From positions 240,001 through 272,000 of the forward strand of contig CP060262.1 of assembly GCA_022646745.1 (NCBI GenBank): 32,000 bases of DNA. The letters are read 5' to 3'. Every line of letters starts with the position of its first letter. Positions within the stretch are counted from its first letter, which is position 1. The translations under genes were made by a program, and so were the position numbers. The notes beneath the pieces are model-generated. The model was not told the DNA's origin. It worked only from the letters and a program-made list of their open reading frames with translations, and searched no databases. Origin of the DNA: Planctomycetales bacterium (lineage in GTDB: Bacteria > 4484-113 > JAFGCY01). Shown one piece after another: positions 8,974 to 17,610 of the stretch.

Positions 8974-9786
8974 GTGAAACTATTACCACCGCAATCCGGT
9001 ATACAGGTGGTGAAAACCGTTAACATCACATGCCCGTTCTGCGAGGAATGCACCCCGGCGACCGCCAATGTCTGCCGCAAGTGCGGCTTCCCGTTCAGCT
9101 GCGACATCTCCGAATACGGGCAGAGCACCGGCCGCCGCGTAATGGGCGAGACCTGGAAGATCCTAGTGCTGATCGCTGTCGTGGCCTTCACCCTGACCGG
9201 CGGCGCCTTCTTCAACACCAGCATCGAAAGCTACCACGGCCTGACCGCTACGCTGGTCGGCCGCATGACACCTGAGAAGGACAGCGGCATCCCGATCGTC
9301 GGGCCGCCGGAATTCGTCTACCGTACCGAGATGGCGCTGGCCCTGCTGGAAAGCCGGGCTGACGATTACTACTTCCGCATGCAGCAGTACGTCACCGAGA
9401 TCCAGTACTTCGATGGCAACTCGCTGGAGTACGGTGACAAGTCGATTCCGCTGGATGGCATCGGTGCGGTTTCAACACCGGCCACCGGCCATGTGCTGGT
9501 GCTGCCCAACACCGCCTTCAACTCCGGCCTGCACAACTTCTATGACCGCGACGTGTTCGTCTATGCCGGCGTGCTGGTGCATGAACTGCGGCATATCGAG
9601 CTGCATGCATTCAACCAGGCACCGGGTGGCTGGGAGGAGGAGAAGCTCTGCGAGGAGGCGGCCTACGCCGCGATCAAGCAGATGGATGCACCGGGTGGCG
9701 TGAAGGCCAACTACCAGATGTACCTCTACAACCCGCAGGCCAACCGCTACCAGCACTGGTACGACTGGTACAAGAACTTCGACTGA
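8974..9786 (+). CDS. Zinc-ribbon, single-pass membrane protein with an extracytoplasmic HExxH (putative metallopeptidase-like) domain
   Basis: Lies 20 nt downstream of the PBP1A stop. CPFCEEC...CRKCGFPF is a 4-Cys ribbon. TM segment WKILVLIAVVAFTLTGGAFF. HELRH motif (VLVHELRHIELHAF) with acidic residues ~20 aa downstream (WEEEKLCEEAAY). The GTG start is uncertain. Confidence 0.65.
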   Translation: MKLLPPQSGIQVVKTVNITCPFCEECTPATANVCRKCGFPFSCDISEYGQSTGRRVMGETWKILVLIAVVAFTLTGGAFFNTSIESYHGLTATLVGRMTPEKDSGIPIVGPPEFVYRTEMALALLESRADDYYFRMQQYVTEIQYFDGNSLEYGDKSIPLDGIGAVSTPATGHVLVLPNTAFNSGLHNFYDRDVFVYAGVLVHELRHIELHAFNQAPGGWEEEKLCEEAAYAAIKQMDAPGGVKANYQMYLYNPQANRYQHWYDWYKNFD

Positions 9787-9792
9787 GCCGAC

Positions 9793-10524
9793 TTACTTCG
9801 TGCCGTCGCCATCTTCGGCGGTACCGGCCTCCTGTGGCGTGCTCTCCTGCTGGCGGCCGGCCCCGAGCATCGCGTCAAACTGCAGGCTCTGCAGCACGTC
9901 GTCACAGGCGCTGCGCTGTGCTTCACTGAGCGGCTCGCCGCTGACGGCCTGGAAGAAGAACAGGTCGCGGTCGGTGAAGAACACCCAGCCCTCGATGTAG
10001 ATGGTGTTGCCCTTGCCGAGCGTCTCCTGCAGCTTCACCGGGAAGTAGCCCGGCAGCAGCGGCTCGTCCTTCGTCACATCGTACTGCAGCTGCTGGTGCA
10101 CCGCCAGCCGTTCGTCCACCTGCCAGTCCTCATAGACCGGTTCACCGGCGGGCTGCATGTCGTAGTACTTCTCCAGCCCCTCCATCTGCATCACGCCCAG
10201 CCAGTCGTACAGCGCGCTGACCGGCTCCTTGTGCAAAAGCGTCGCCATCCCGCGGATGCGCTTGCCCATCAGGCTCCAGCCGTCACCCTCCAGCAGGAAG
10301 GGGAACTCCGCGTTGTCAACGAAGGGCCCGACCGCCAGCCGGTTTGCATCGTAGCTGAACTTCACATCGAGGTTCGGGTTGCTGCCCTTTTGCATGTCAG
10401 CCGGTGCATGGCCGCCACCGGCCCCTCCCCTGCGGGCATTGGGGGTGAGGAACAGCCAGGCCAGCGCAACAACGAACAGCACTGCCAGAACTGCTGCCAC
10501 CTGCGTAAGCCTGTTGCCCTTCAT
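9793..10524 (-). CDS. Membrane-anchored protein of unknown function, translationally coupled to nusB
   Basis: The ATG overlaps the nusB stop by 1 nt (TGATG on the minus strand). N-terminal TM helix VAAVLAVLFVVALAWLFL. No motif recognised in the rest of the protein. Confidence 0.65.
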   Translation of the reverse strand: MKGNRLTQVAAVLAVLFVVALAWLFLTPNARRGGAGGGHAPADMQKGSNPNLDVKFSYDANRLAVGPFVDNAEFPFLLEGDGWSLMGKRIRGMATLLHKEPVSALYDWLGVMQMEGLEKYYDMQPAGEPVYEDWQVDERLAVHQQLQYDVTKDEPLLPGYFPVKLQETLGKGNTIYIEGWVFFTDRDLFFFQAVSGEPLSEAQRSACDDVLQSLQFDAMLGAGRQQESTPQEAGTAEDGDGTK

Positions 10525-11024
10525 CAGCCCTCCCCTCCACCGGAGCTCTCCAGCTCAGGATGGCGCTTGACCACGGCACCGAGGATGCCGTTGATGAAGC
10601 GGCCGGCCTCATGCTCGCCGTAGATCTTCACCAGTTCAAGCGCTTCATTGATCACGATCCGGTACTCCGTGCCAAGGTACAGCATTTCGGCGTATGCCAG
10701 CTGCAGGATGATCTTCTCCGGGAGGCCGATGCGGTCGTAGCTCCAGTCGGTCGGGTAGCGCGAGAGCTCCGCATCAATATGCTGCTCATGCTGCTTGACC
10801 TGCTCCACCAGCTCACGCACGAAGTCTGCGCTGGCACCACTGAAGCTGCCGCGGACGTAGCCCTCCTCGTCCGGGTCATCCATGTAGATCTGAGACACCT
10901 CCGGATCGCTGATTGTTCTCTCCAGCGCGGTGGCGGTATCCAGCGCGGGATGCTGTGAGAGCTCGAACAGCAGCTCGAAGGCCTTTCGCCGCGAACGGCG
11001 GCGGCCGGCATCACTTCCCGACAT
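10524..11024 (-). CDS. nusB: Transcription antitermination factor NusB
   Basis: RRRSRRKAFELLFE N-terminus; ILQLAYAEMLY...VINEALELVKIYG...GRFINGILGAV. 166 aa. GGAG lies 7 nt upstream of the ATG. Confidence 0.88.
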   Translation of the reverse strand: MSGSDAGRRRSRRKAFELLFELSQHPALDTATALERTISDPEVSQIYMDDPDEEGYVRGSFSGASADFVRELVEQVKQHEQHIDAELSRYPTDWSYDRIGLPEKIILQLAYAEMLYLGTEYRIVINEALELVKIYGEHEAGRFINGILGAVVKRHPELESSGGGEG

Positions 11025-11181
11025 GGGATCGCTCCAGGGGTTTCAATGTACGCATTCGACGCCGAAGTTATATATTCCGCCTGAATAAACGTCAATCGGC
11101 TGCAGGTTCGCCCTGCCGGCGCCGATGGGGAAATGGGCGGCTCTGCCCGCCTGCTGAACCCATAGTGCAAGGAGGCATGCA

Positions 11182-11376
11182 ATGGATATCAGCGGTGCGA
11201 TTGACATGGCCCAGGGATTTGCCAACAGGAACGTCGAGGCGGCGAAACTGTCGGCGACCATCTCCCAGGTCAAGAAGCACATGGACCTGCAGCAGAGCAT
11301 CGTGGCGAAGCTGCTGGCCAGCCTGCCGGATGTCAGTCCGGAGGGCGTGGGCGGCAACATCGACATCAAGGCCTGA
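11182..11376 (+). CDS. YjfB-like putative motility micro-protein (64 aa)
   Basis: Strong AAGGAGG SD. MDISG...ISQVKKHMDLQQSIVAKLL...GGNIDIKA fits my recollection of the YjfB 'putative motility protein' family: an MDI start, a KKxMDxQ core and a GxxIDIxA terminus. Confidence 0.6.
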   Translation: MDISGAIDMAQGFANRNVEAAKLSATISQVKKHMDLQQSIVAKLLASLPDVSPEGVGGNIDIKA

Positions 11377-11488
11377 GGCCGGGTCCGCAACCGGTGGACG
11401 GGGCAATGCTCCGTCCGCCGGGGAATCATCATCTCCACCACGCAGTCCGCTGCCGGCACTGAACCACCCCGCTTGCCAGTTCCACGCT

Positions 11489-11497
11489 TGTTATACT
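11489..11497 (+). promoter_or_regulatory. Candidate extended -10 promoter element (TGtTATACT) for the downstream lipoprotein gene
   Basis: TG-T-TATACT read directly, 28 nt upstream of the ATG at 11525. A GGACGG...CCGTCC hairpin lies after the preceding gene. Sequence resemblance is the only evidence. Confidence 0.3.
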
Positions 11498-11524
11498 GGC
11501 CGCAGTCAACTCCGGGAGAAATTC

Positions 11525-14500
11525 ATGCGCAAGCTTCTGATTGCATTAGCCTCAGTCTCCATTACTTACCTACTGGCCTCCTGCGGGGCTCAGCAGGGAA
11601 ACGTGGACGGTTCGATTTCACCTGCATCGCAGGCCAACGAGTTTGGATTCGAGCCAGCCCCGCAGACCGGTTTTCCCACCAAGCTGCCTGAAGATGAGCT
11701 TCAGCCCTGGGAATCCGAAACGCGCTCCGCAAGCGGCATCGACGGCAACAGTGATTTCACGGCCGGCCGCGACTGGTTCAGCACCAGTTCCAGCGGTGTC
11801 AGCGAGAATGGGGAAGCTGCGCATCTTGAAGGCGGGCAGCCGGGCTCAAGTTACGGTATCTGGCGCATCCCGCTGGGCGGAGAGCAGCCCGGAACCATCT
11901 CCCTGGATGTCAACCTGCTTGACAATGGATCTGCAGCGGCGTCTGAATTCTTTGTAGGTATCGCCAACTATGCCAGCGGCAAGTGGGACTGGCACGGGCC
12001 GTTTGATGACAGTCACGTGCGGCTCAGCACGGCGGAGGTGATCCGCAATGGCGGGAACTACCTGTCGGCGGTGCAGAACACATTCGTATCAGTACTCGTC
12101 AGCGGCAGCAACAAGGTGGATGTGATTGGCATCAGCCTGAATCCGTATGACGGTTCCGATGGCAATGCTCCCGGGATCCCGGACGGACTTGTGGCAACCT
12201 CGGTCGCAGGAGGGCTGGAGCTGAAGTGGAATCCGGTGATTGCTGACGACCTGGCAGGCTACCGCATCTTCCTTTCCGGCAGGCAATTCATCAATCCGCA
12301 TTCCGCAGGCGTCAGGCAGCTCGATTCCCTGGAAGGATCCACGCGCATACTGCTGGAAACCGATGACGATTCCGCATTCGTGCGAATTGCGGCGATTGAC
12401 CACAACGGCAACGAAAGCAGTGTCAGCCAGCTTGTCAGTGGCAAGCCCCTGGCAGGCGGCATTCCGCAGCTGCTGGTCACAACCGACAGCACTGGTGGAC
12501 TGCTCGGCAGTCCCGCCACTCTCAATTTCTCCGGTGCTGACAGCTACGACATCGACAGCAACGGTGATGGAATCTTTGATGTGACCGGAAACACCAGTGG
12601 CGCGGCGGTGATTGACACCGGCAACACCGGCATCATCCGTCCACGGGTGCGTGGCACAGGCAGCGGCGGCGAAGCTGTGGCGCTCGGTGCCGTATCGCTG
12701 GTGATCACAGGCAACAGCCGCCCGCTGGCCAGTGCGACCGCCAGTCCCCAGTCCGGCAAGGCACCGCTTGGCGTGACATTCACGGGAAGCGCGGAGGATG
12801 CTGAGGATGACGCATCCGCGCTGAGCTATGCCTGGGACTTTGATGGCGACGGCATTTATGAGGCCGGCACGGACTCCCTCACACCCGCTGCCCAGAACTA
12901 CAGCACTCCCGGCATCTACAACGTGAAGTTCAGGGTGACTGACAGCCAGGGAGCCAGCGATGTTGACACGGTCAGCGTGCTGGTGACGGACCCGGACAAC
13001 CTGGCACCGGTAGCAGACCTGCAGGCCAACTCGGTCAGTGGAATCGTCCCGCTGGATATAGCGTTTGATGCTTCCGGCAGCTCTGACAGTGACGGCAGCA
13101 TCATCCTGTACGAGTGGGATTTCAACAACGACGGAATGTTCGACGCCACCAGTGACAGCCCGATGGTCAGCAACACCTATAACGAAGCCGGCATCTTTGA
13201 ATGCCGGGTGCGTGTGACTGACAACTCATTTGCAACGGACACGGACGTATTGGGCATCACTGCCAATTCGGCGGATGGACTCGGACCGGTTGCCGGGTTC
13301 CAGGTGAGGCCTTACCTGGCACTTACTGGTCAGCAGATCACCTTCGACGGTTCCGCTTCGTTCAGCCAGCGCGGAACCATTGAGCTGTACCAATGGGATT
13401 TCAACGGTGACGGTGTATGGGATGCAAGCGGCAGTGCGGATACTGCATTGTCCAGCATCGCAGTGCAGGGTGATTACACTGCCCGCTTGCGTGTGACGGA
13501 CAGCTTCGGGGCTACGGAAGACGTCGAAGTCACCTACTCCGTTTCCAACACGGTGTATTCCCAGTTCGGCTGGAATGGATTGAACTGGAACCAGAGTCCG
13601 TACTACGGCCCGACAAGCAACAACCTGCGCTGGGATTTCACAATGGGTGATGACATCGACGGCGGTGGTGTTTCGATTGCCAGTGACGGCACGCTTTACG
13701 TGCCAAGCTGGGATAACAGCCTGCATGCTCTCAATCCGGATGGCACAGAGAAATGGGCGTATGGGACTCCCAGTAATCTGTTTTCCACCCCATCCATCTC
13801 TGCAGACGGCACGATCTACTTTACAACCAGCTTTAACAAGGTTTTTGCCCTGCATCCCAATGGCGACCTTAAATGGAAGTTTTCGTCTGACACAAACTCC
13901 TGGGGCGGGATAAAACTGGATCGAAATGGAAACCTTCTGCATCTTTCCACGGCTGGAACGCTCTACTGCATCCGTCCTGACGGGACTGAGAAGTGGAAAT
14001 ATGAAAGTAACACGGGTACTGCGATCTATGGTTATGTCGCAATCTCACCGGAAGGAGTTATGTATTTTGGCGACCCGGATGGGAGGCTGATCGCCATCAA
14101 TCCGGACGGCAGCTTCCGCTGGGATGTTACCCTGTCAACCAGTTCCTATTCCTCCCCGATGATCGGATATGATGGCACGATTTATGTCGGTGGCGGCAAT
14201 TCCCAGAAGTTGTATGCCGTCGATCCGGAGGGCAATATTCTCTGGAGCTTCGATACATCCTCCAACGTTCGCTGCACACCTGCGCTTTTGATAGACGGCA
14301 GGATCCTCATCGGTGACGATGGTGGTGATTTTTATTGCGTGCTGCCTGATGGCAGCGAAAGCTGGTCACTTTCTCTGGGTATCGAACTGAGGACGCAGGC
14401 ACTGGTGGATGCAGCCAGCAACATCTACATCGGCAACAGTTCCGGTGACTTCTACTGCCTTGATTCAAATGGAAATGAGGTCTGGAGCTCCAACCTGCCC

Positions 14501-14599
14501 GGTGGATGGATAACAGCAAGCCCGTCGATCGGTGCGGACGGCACCGTCTACATCGGGTCCTGGGATAACAAGCTGTACGCCTTCGGCCCGACGCCCTAG
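11525..14599 (+). CDS. 1024-aa lipoprotein: unknown N-terminal domain, Fn3-like, 3-4 PKD repeats, C-terminal 8-blade PQQ-like (BamB-like) beta-propeller
   Basis: GGGAGAA SD. MRKLLIALASVSITYLLASCG carries a canonical L-A-S-C lipobox. Fn3-like region: PGIPDGLVATSVAGGLELKWNP...YRIFLSG. PKD repeats: YAWDFDGDG...VKFRVTDSQG, YEWDFNNDG...CRVRVTDNS, YQWDFNGDG...ARLRVTDSFG. Eight repeats of the DGT(I/L)Y...LYA(L/V)xPDGxxxW type. The ORF-track start at 10913 is rejected (see noticed_but_rejected). Confidence 0.85.
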   Translation: MRKLLIALASVSITYLLASCGAQQGNVDGSISPASQANEFGFEPAPQTGFPTKLPEDELQPWESETRSASGIDGNSDFTAGRDWFSTSSSGVSENGEAAHLEGGQPGSSYGIWRIPLGGEQPGTISLDVNLLDNGSAAASEFFVGIANYASGKWDWHGPFDDSHVRLSTAEVIRNGGNYLSAVQNTFVSVLVSGSNKVDVIGISLNPYDGSDGNAPGIPDGLVATSVAGGLELKWNPVIADDLAGYRIFLSGRQFINPHSAGVRQLDSLEGSTRILLETDDDSAFVRIAAIDHNGNESSVSQLVSGKPLAGGIPQLLVTTDSTGGLLGSPATLNFSGADSYDIDSNGDGIFDVTGNTSGAAVIDTGNTGIIRPRVRGTGSGGEAVALGAVSLVITGNSRPLASATASPQSGKAPLGVTFTGSAEDAEDDASALSYAWDFDGDGIYEAGTDSLTPAAQNYSTPGIYNVKFRVTDSQGASDVDTVSVLVTDPDNLAPVADLQANSVSGIVPLDIAFDASGSSDSDGSIILYEWDFNNDGMFDATSDSPMVSNTYNEAGIFECRVRVTDNSFATDTDVLGITANSADGLGPVAGFQVRPYLALTGQQITFDGSASFSQRGTIELYQWDFNGDGVWDASGSADTALSSIAVQGDYTARLRVTDSFGATEDVEVTYSVSNTVYSQFGWNGLNWNQSPYYGPTSNNLRWDFTMGDDIDGGGVSIASDGTLYVPSWDNSLHALNPDGTEKWAYGTPSNLFSTPSISADGTIYFTTSFNKVFALHPNGDLKWKFSSDTNSWGGIKLDRNGNLLHLSTAGTLYCIRPDGTEKWKYESNTGTAIYGYVAISPEGVMYFGDPDGRLIAINPDGSFRWDVTLSTSSYSSPMIGYDGTIYVGGGNSQKLYAVDPEGNILWSFDTSSNVRCTPALLIDGRILIGDDGGDFYCVLPDGSESWSLSLGIELRTQALVDAASNIYIGNSSGDFYCLDSNGNEVWSSNLPGGWITASPSIGADGTVYIGSWDNKLYAFGPTP

Positions 14600-15927
14600 C
14601 CGGCGGTCCCCGCCAGCCAGTCAGTTGCCTCGCGCAGCACCGCGGCCTCATTGAGGCTGAGCACTTCGCGTTCGCGCATCAGCAGGCGGCCGTTGGCAAT
14701 CGTGTGGCGCACGTCCGCCGCCTGAGCACTGTATGCCAGGTAGCTGTACACTGCGCTCGCGTGCGTGTAGCGCGGCGTGGTGTGCGGGGTTGCCAGGTCG
14801 ATCACGCAGATGTCTGCCAGCTTCCCCGCTGCCAGCGTGCCAAAGCGCCTGTCCCCCAGAGCGGCAGCACCGCCCGAAGTTGCCAGCTGCACCGCCTGCT
14901 GCGCCGGCATCGCCTCAGCATCCAAGAGGATGCCCTTTGGCAGCAGTGAGGAGAGGTGCAGCTCCTCCCACATGTCGAGGTTGTTGTTGCTGGCTGCCCC
15001 GTCAGTGCCCAACCCGACATTCACGCCGGCCTTCAGCATGGCAACCGTCGGCGCGACACCGCTGGCCAGCTTCAGGTTGCTGGCCGGGCAGTGGCAGGCT
15101 CCGCAGCCATGGCTGGCCATCAGTTCCATGTCCGGCTGCTCCACCCAGACGCAGTGCGCCCCGAGCGTACGCGGGCCAAGCACCCCGAGCCGCGCCAGCC
15201 CGGCGGTCGGGCTCTCTCCCGGCTGCAGCCATTCGGTGATGCCCTGCTCGGCATTCGTTTCATGCAGGTGGATGTGGAACAGCAGGCCGTGCTCACGCGA
15301 CAGGCCGTGCATCGTTGTCAGGATCTCCGGTGTGCAGGTGTAGGGCGCATGGCAGGCCACCGCCGGTTCGATCAACGGATGCCCGCTGAACTCGGCGATC
15401 AGCGCTTCAGACAGCTTCTTTCCATCCTGCCATGTCGGCGCGCTGGGCGTCGGGAACTGGATCACACCCTCGCTGACCAGCCCGCGCATCCCGCTGTCAG
15501 CCACCGCGCTGGCAACGCTGGCGGCGAACAGGTACATGTCATTCACGCAGGTCACCCCGCCCCTGATGCTTTCGAGGCAGGCCAGGCGTGTGGCGTGGTA
15601 GCAGAAGTCCGGCGAGAGGTGTTTGCCCTCCGCCGGCCAGATATGCTCATTGAGCCAGGTCAGGAGCGGCAGGTCATCGGCCAGTCCGCGGAAGTAGACC
15701 ATCGGCATGTGAGTATGCGCATTCACCATGCCGGGCAGCACCACGCAGCCGCTGCAGTCCAGCACCTCGTCAAAACCGGAGACCGGCGGGCAGTCCGACA
15801 TCGGCCCGATAGCGCTCACCAGCTCGCCTTCGGTGGCAAGGTAGCCCGGGTTGAACTGGCGCAGTTCGCTGTCCATCGCCAGCACGGTCGCATTCGTCAA
15901 GAGCATCCTGCCCTGTTGCTTTGCCAT
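14596..15927 (-). CDS. mtaD: Amidohydrolase, 5-methylthioadenosine/S-adenosylhomocysteine deaminase-like
   Basis: LPGMVNAHTHMPMVYFRGLADDLPLLTWL...IWPAE, HIHLHET and GTDGAASNN metal-ligand motifs of the MtaD/cytosine-deaminase-like amidohydrolases. 443 aa. Confidence 0.75.
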   Translation of the reverse strand: MAKQQGRMLLTNATVLAMDSELRQFNPGYLATEGELVSAIGPMSDCPPVSGFDEVLDCSGCVVLPGMVNAHTHMPMVYFRGLADDLPLLTWLNEHIWPAEGKHLSPDFCYHATRLACLESIRGGVTCVNDMYLFAASVASAVADSGMRGLVSEGVIQFPTPSAPTWQDGKKLSEALIAEFSGHPLIEPAVACHAPYTCTPEILTTMHGLSREHGLLFHIHLHETNAEQGITEWLQPGESPTAGLARLGVLGPRTLGAHCVWVEQPDMELMASHGCGACHCPASNLKLASGVAPTVAMLKAGVNVGLGTDGAASNNNLDMWEELHLSSLLPKGILLDAEAMPAQQAVQLATSGGAAALGDRRFGTLAAGKLADICVIDLATPHTTPRYTHASAVYSYLAYSAQAADVRHTIANGRLLMREREVLSLNEAAVLREATDWLAGTAG

Positions 15928-16015
15928 GCAGGGATTCTACCAGTTCAGTGCATGGGCAGACGAACTGGGTTAGACTGGCAGTCTGGACGCCCTGCGCAAA
16001 CAATATCCGGATGCA

Positions 16016-17035
16016 TTGAAGCCCGCAGCCAGCCCGCTGGAACTGCATGGCAGCTTCGCACTGGCAATGTCCACGCGCCAGCCCTCACTCAGCTTGTTCA
16101 GCGGGAGCTGCGGCGAGATTGCCTACCACCCAGCCCTGCATGCACTTGGCAGCTCACTTGTCCTGGGTGATCCCCTCTGCAGCGAAGCGAACAGGCCCGC
16201 CATGCTTGCGGAATACCTTGCTGCGAATCCTCGTTCAGCATTCCTGCAGGTATCCGAATCCACGGCCATCGAGCTGGGCCGGATCGGCTTCCACTGCACG
16301 CCAATGGGATTCGAAAGCTGGATTCCGCTGCAGGACTGGCATCTCCGCGGCCAGGCTCGCAAGTACCTGCGATACGTGCTCAGCCGGGCCCGCCGCCAGG
16401 CTGTGACCCTGCAGGACTGGCCGGACTACCTTGAACGGATGGATGAACTGCAGGAAATCAGCCGCCACTGGCTGGGCCTCAGGCGGCGCAATGCAAGCGA
16501 ATTGCATTTCCTTGCGCGCCCGCTGGACAGTTGCCACGACCCAGCCACCCGCTGCTTCGTGGCCCGCCGAGATGGCCGGACGATCGCCTTCGTGATGTTC
16601 GACCCGCTGTACCGCGATGGCCGGGTGATCGGATATGCGGCCTCGCTGCTGCGCTCCCGTGAACTGGGCAGTGCGGGCTGGCAGGACTTCATCGTGCTTG
16701 GGGCAATGGAGCATTTCCGCCTGCGGGGCCTGGAATGGCTGACGCTCGGGCTATCGCCATTCGCACCAGCAGAGGCCGCGCAAGCAATTTCAAGCCCGCC
16801 AGCCACCCGGGCAATATTCAGCTGGTGGCTGGAGCATGGCAACTGGCTCTATAACTTCCGTGGGGTTGGGTTCCACAAGCGCCGCTATCCTGCACAGCGG
16901 CGCACGATGTATTTCTGCTCAAGGCAGGCATTGCCCCTGCTGGAACTGAGGGATGCCCTGGCGGCGATGCGCGTCAGGCCGCTGCAGCGCCTCGGCGGTC
17001 ACCTGCTGGGGATGCTGGAGTCGGCTTCAGGCTGA
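16016..17035 (+). CDS. Stand-alone DUF2156 / MprF C-terminal (aminoacyl-phosphatidylglycerol synthase-like) domain protein
   Basis: The pattern matches the MprF C-terminal domain: LRGQARKYLRYVLSRARRQAVTL, RDGRTIAFVMFDPLY, GWQDFIVLGAMEHFRLRGLEWLTLGLSPFA and LYNFRGVGFHKRRY (compare the FYNFKGLRxFKEKF region). No N-terminal TM/flippase domain is present. The start is uncertain: TTG at 16016, next ATG at 16067. Confidence 0.6.
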   Translation: MKPAASPLELHGSFALAMSTRQPSLSLFSGSCGEIAYHPALHALGSSLVLGDPLCSEANRPAMLAEYLAANPRSAFLQVSESTAIELGRIGFHCTPMGFESWIPLQDWHLRGQARKYLRYVLSRARRQAVTLQDWPDYLERMDELQEISRHWLGLRRRNASELHFLARPLDSCHDPATRCFVARRDGRTIAFVMFDPLYRDGRVIGYAASLLRSRELGSAGWQDFIVLGAMEHFRLRGLEWLTLGLSPFAPAEAAQAISSPPATRAIFSWWLEHGNWLYNFRGVGFHKRRYPAQRRTMYFCSRQALPLLELRDALAAMRVRPLQRLGGHLLGMLESASG

Positions 17036-17455
17036 GGCTTCGCCGAGCTGCAGTTCCCCGGCCAGCTCGCTGATGTGCTTCGCAATGTCCTCGCGCACAT
17101 CGCGATAGATCTGCAGGCGTTCCTCATCGGTGCCGACCGCGTTGTAGGGGTCGAAGATGTACCAGATGTGCCTGCCGACGTTCTGTGGGATTCGTCCGGC
17201 ATAGTTGCGCGCCGTCTCACCGATCAGGATCACGTGGTCAAAGCTTGCGAGGTTGAGGTCCTTGATGTCCGTGCCCTGGAAATCCGTGGCATCGGCACCG
17301 GCCTCCTCGATCACCTTCGAGCTCATCGGCTGCAGCTCATACAGCGGCATCACTCCGGCGCTGCGCCATTCGTGCTGGGGGTACTGCATGCGCGCCAGCC
17401 GCTCCGCAATCGGGCTGCGGCAGGTGTTCCCGGTACATACGAACAGGAAGCGCAT
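17027..17455 (-). CDS. Low-molecular-weight protein-tyrosine phosphatase
   Basis: MRFLFVCTGNTCRSPIAE contains the CX5R(S) P-loop. A downstream FDPY Asp motif is present. There are no extra Cys pairs, which argues against ArsC. I place the start at the ATG at 17455 rather than the ORF-track 17551, because the phosphatase fold begins at that Met. Confidence 0.8.
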   Translation of the reverse strand: MRFLFVCTGNTCRSPIAERLARMQYPQHEWRSAGVMPLYELQPMSSKVIEEAGADATDFQGTDIKDLNLASFDHVILIGETARNYAGRIPQNVGRHIWYIFDPYNAVGTDEERLQIYRDVREDIAKHISELAGELQLGEASA

Positions 17456-17610
17456 GGACTCAGTTATACACCTGTGTCGTGCGGAATGATTCAAATGGGG
17501 GAAGCGTGAAGAAAGGAAACTCACCTGCCATAGCCGACCGGGGCCGGCCATAGCAAATGAGTTGTCATCCTATAGATCGGTATCCGGCGGACTGACTTGA
17601 GCGGACAGGC

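Noticed and set aside
11025-11181. Possible sigma-28 promoter (GCCGATGG, resembling the GCCGATAA -10 element) upstream of the YjfB-like gene.
   Set aside because: There is no TAAA -35 element at the required ~15-nt spacing. A partial -10 match alone is too weak to call.
10913-11524. The ORF track extends the big lipoprotein ORF 204 codons upstream, giving 1228 aa.
   Set aside because: The extension is Arg/Pro/Ser-rich. It runs antisense through nusB and across the YjfB-like gene. It also precedes a textbook SD, ATG and lipobox signal peptide at 11525.
14596-14599. The convergent lipoprotein and mtaD genes share a palindromic CTAG, so their stop codons overlap. A similar 9-nt overlap occurs at 17027..17035.
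   Set aside because: Short convergent stop overlaps are common in compact genomes. I see no evidence of functional significance.
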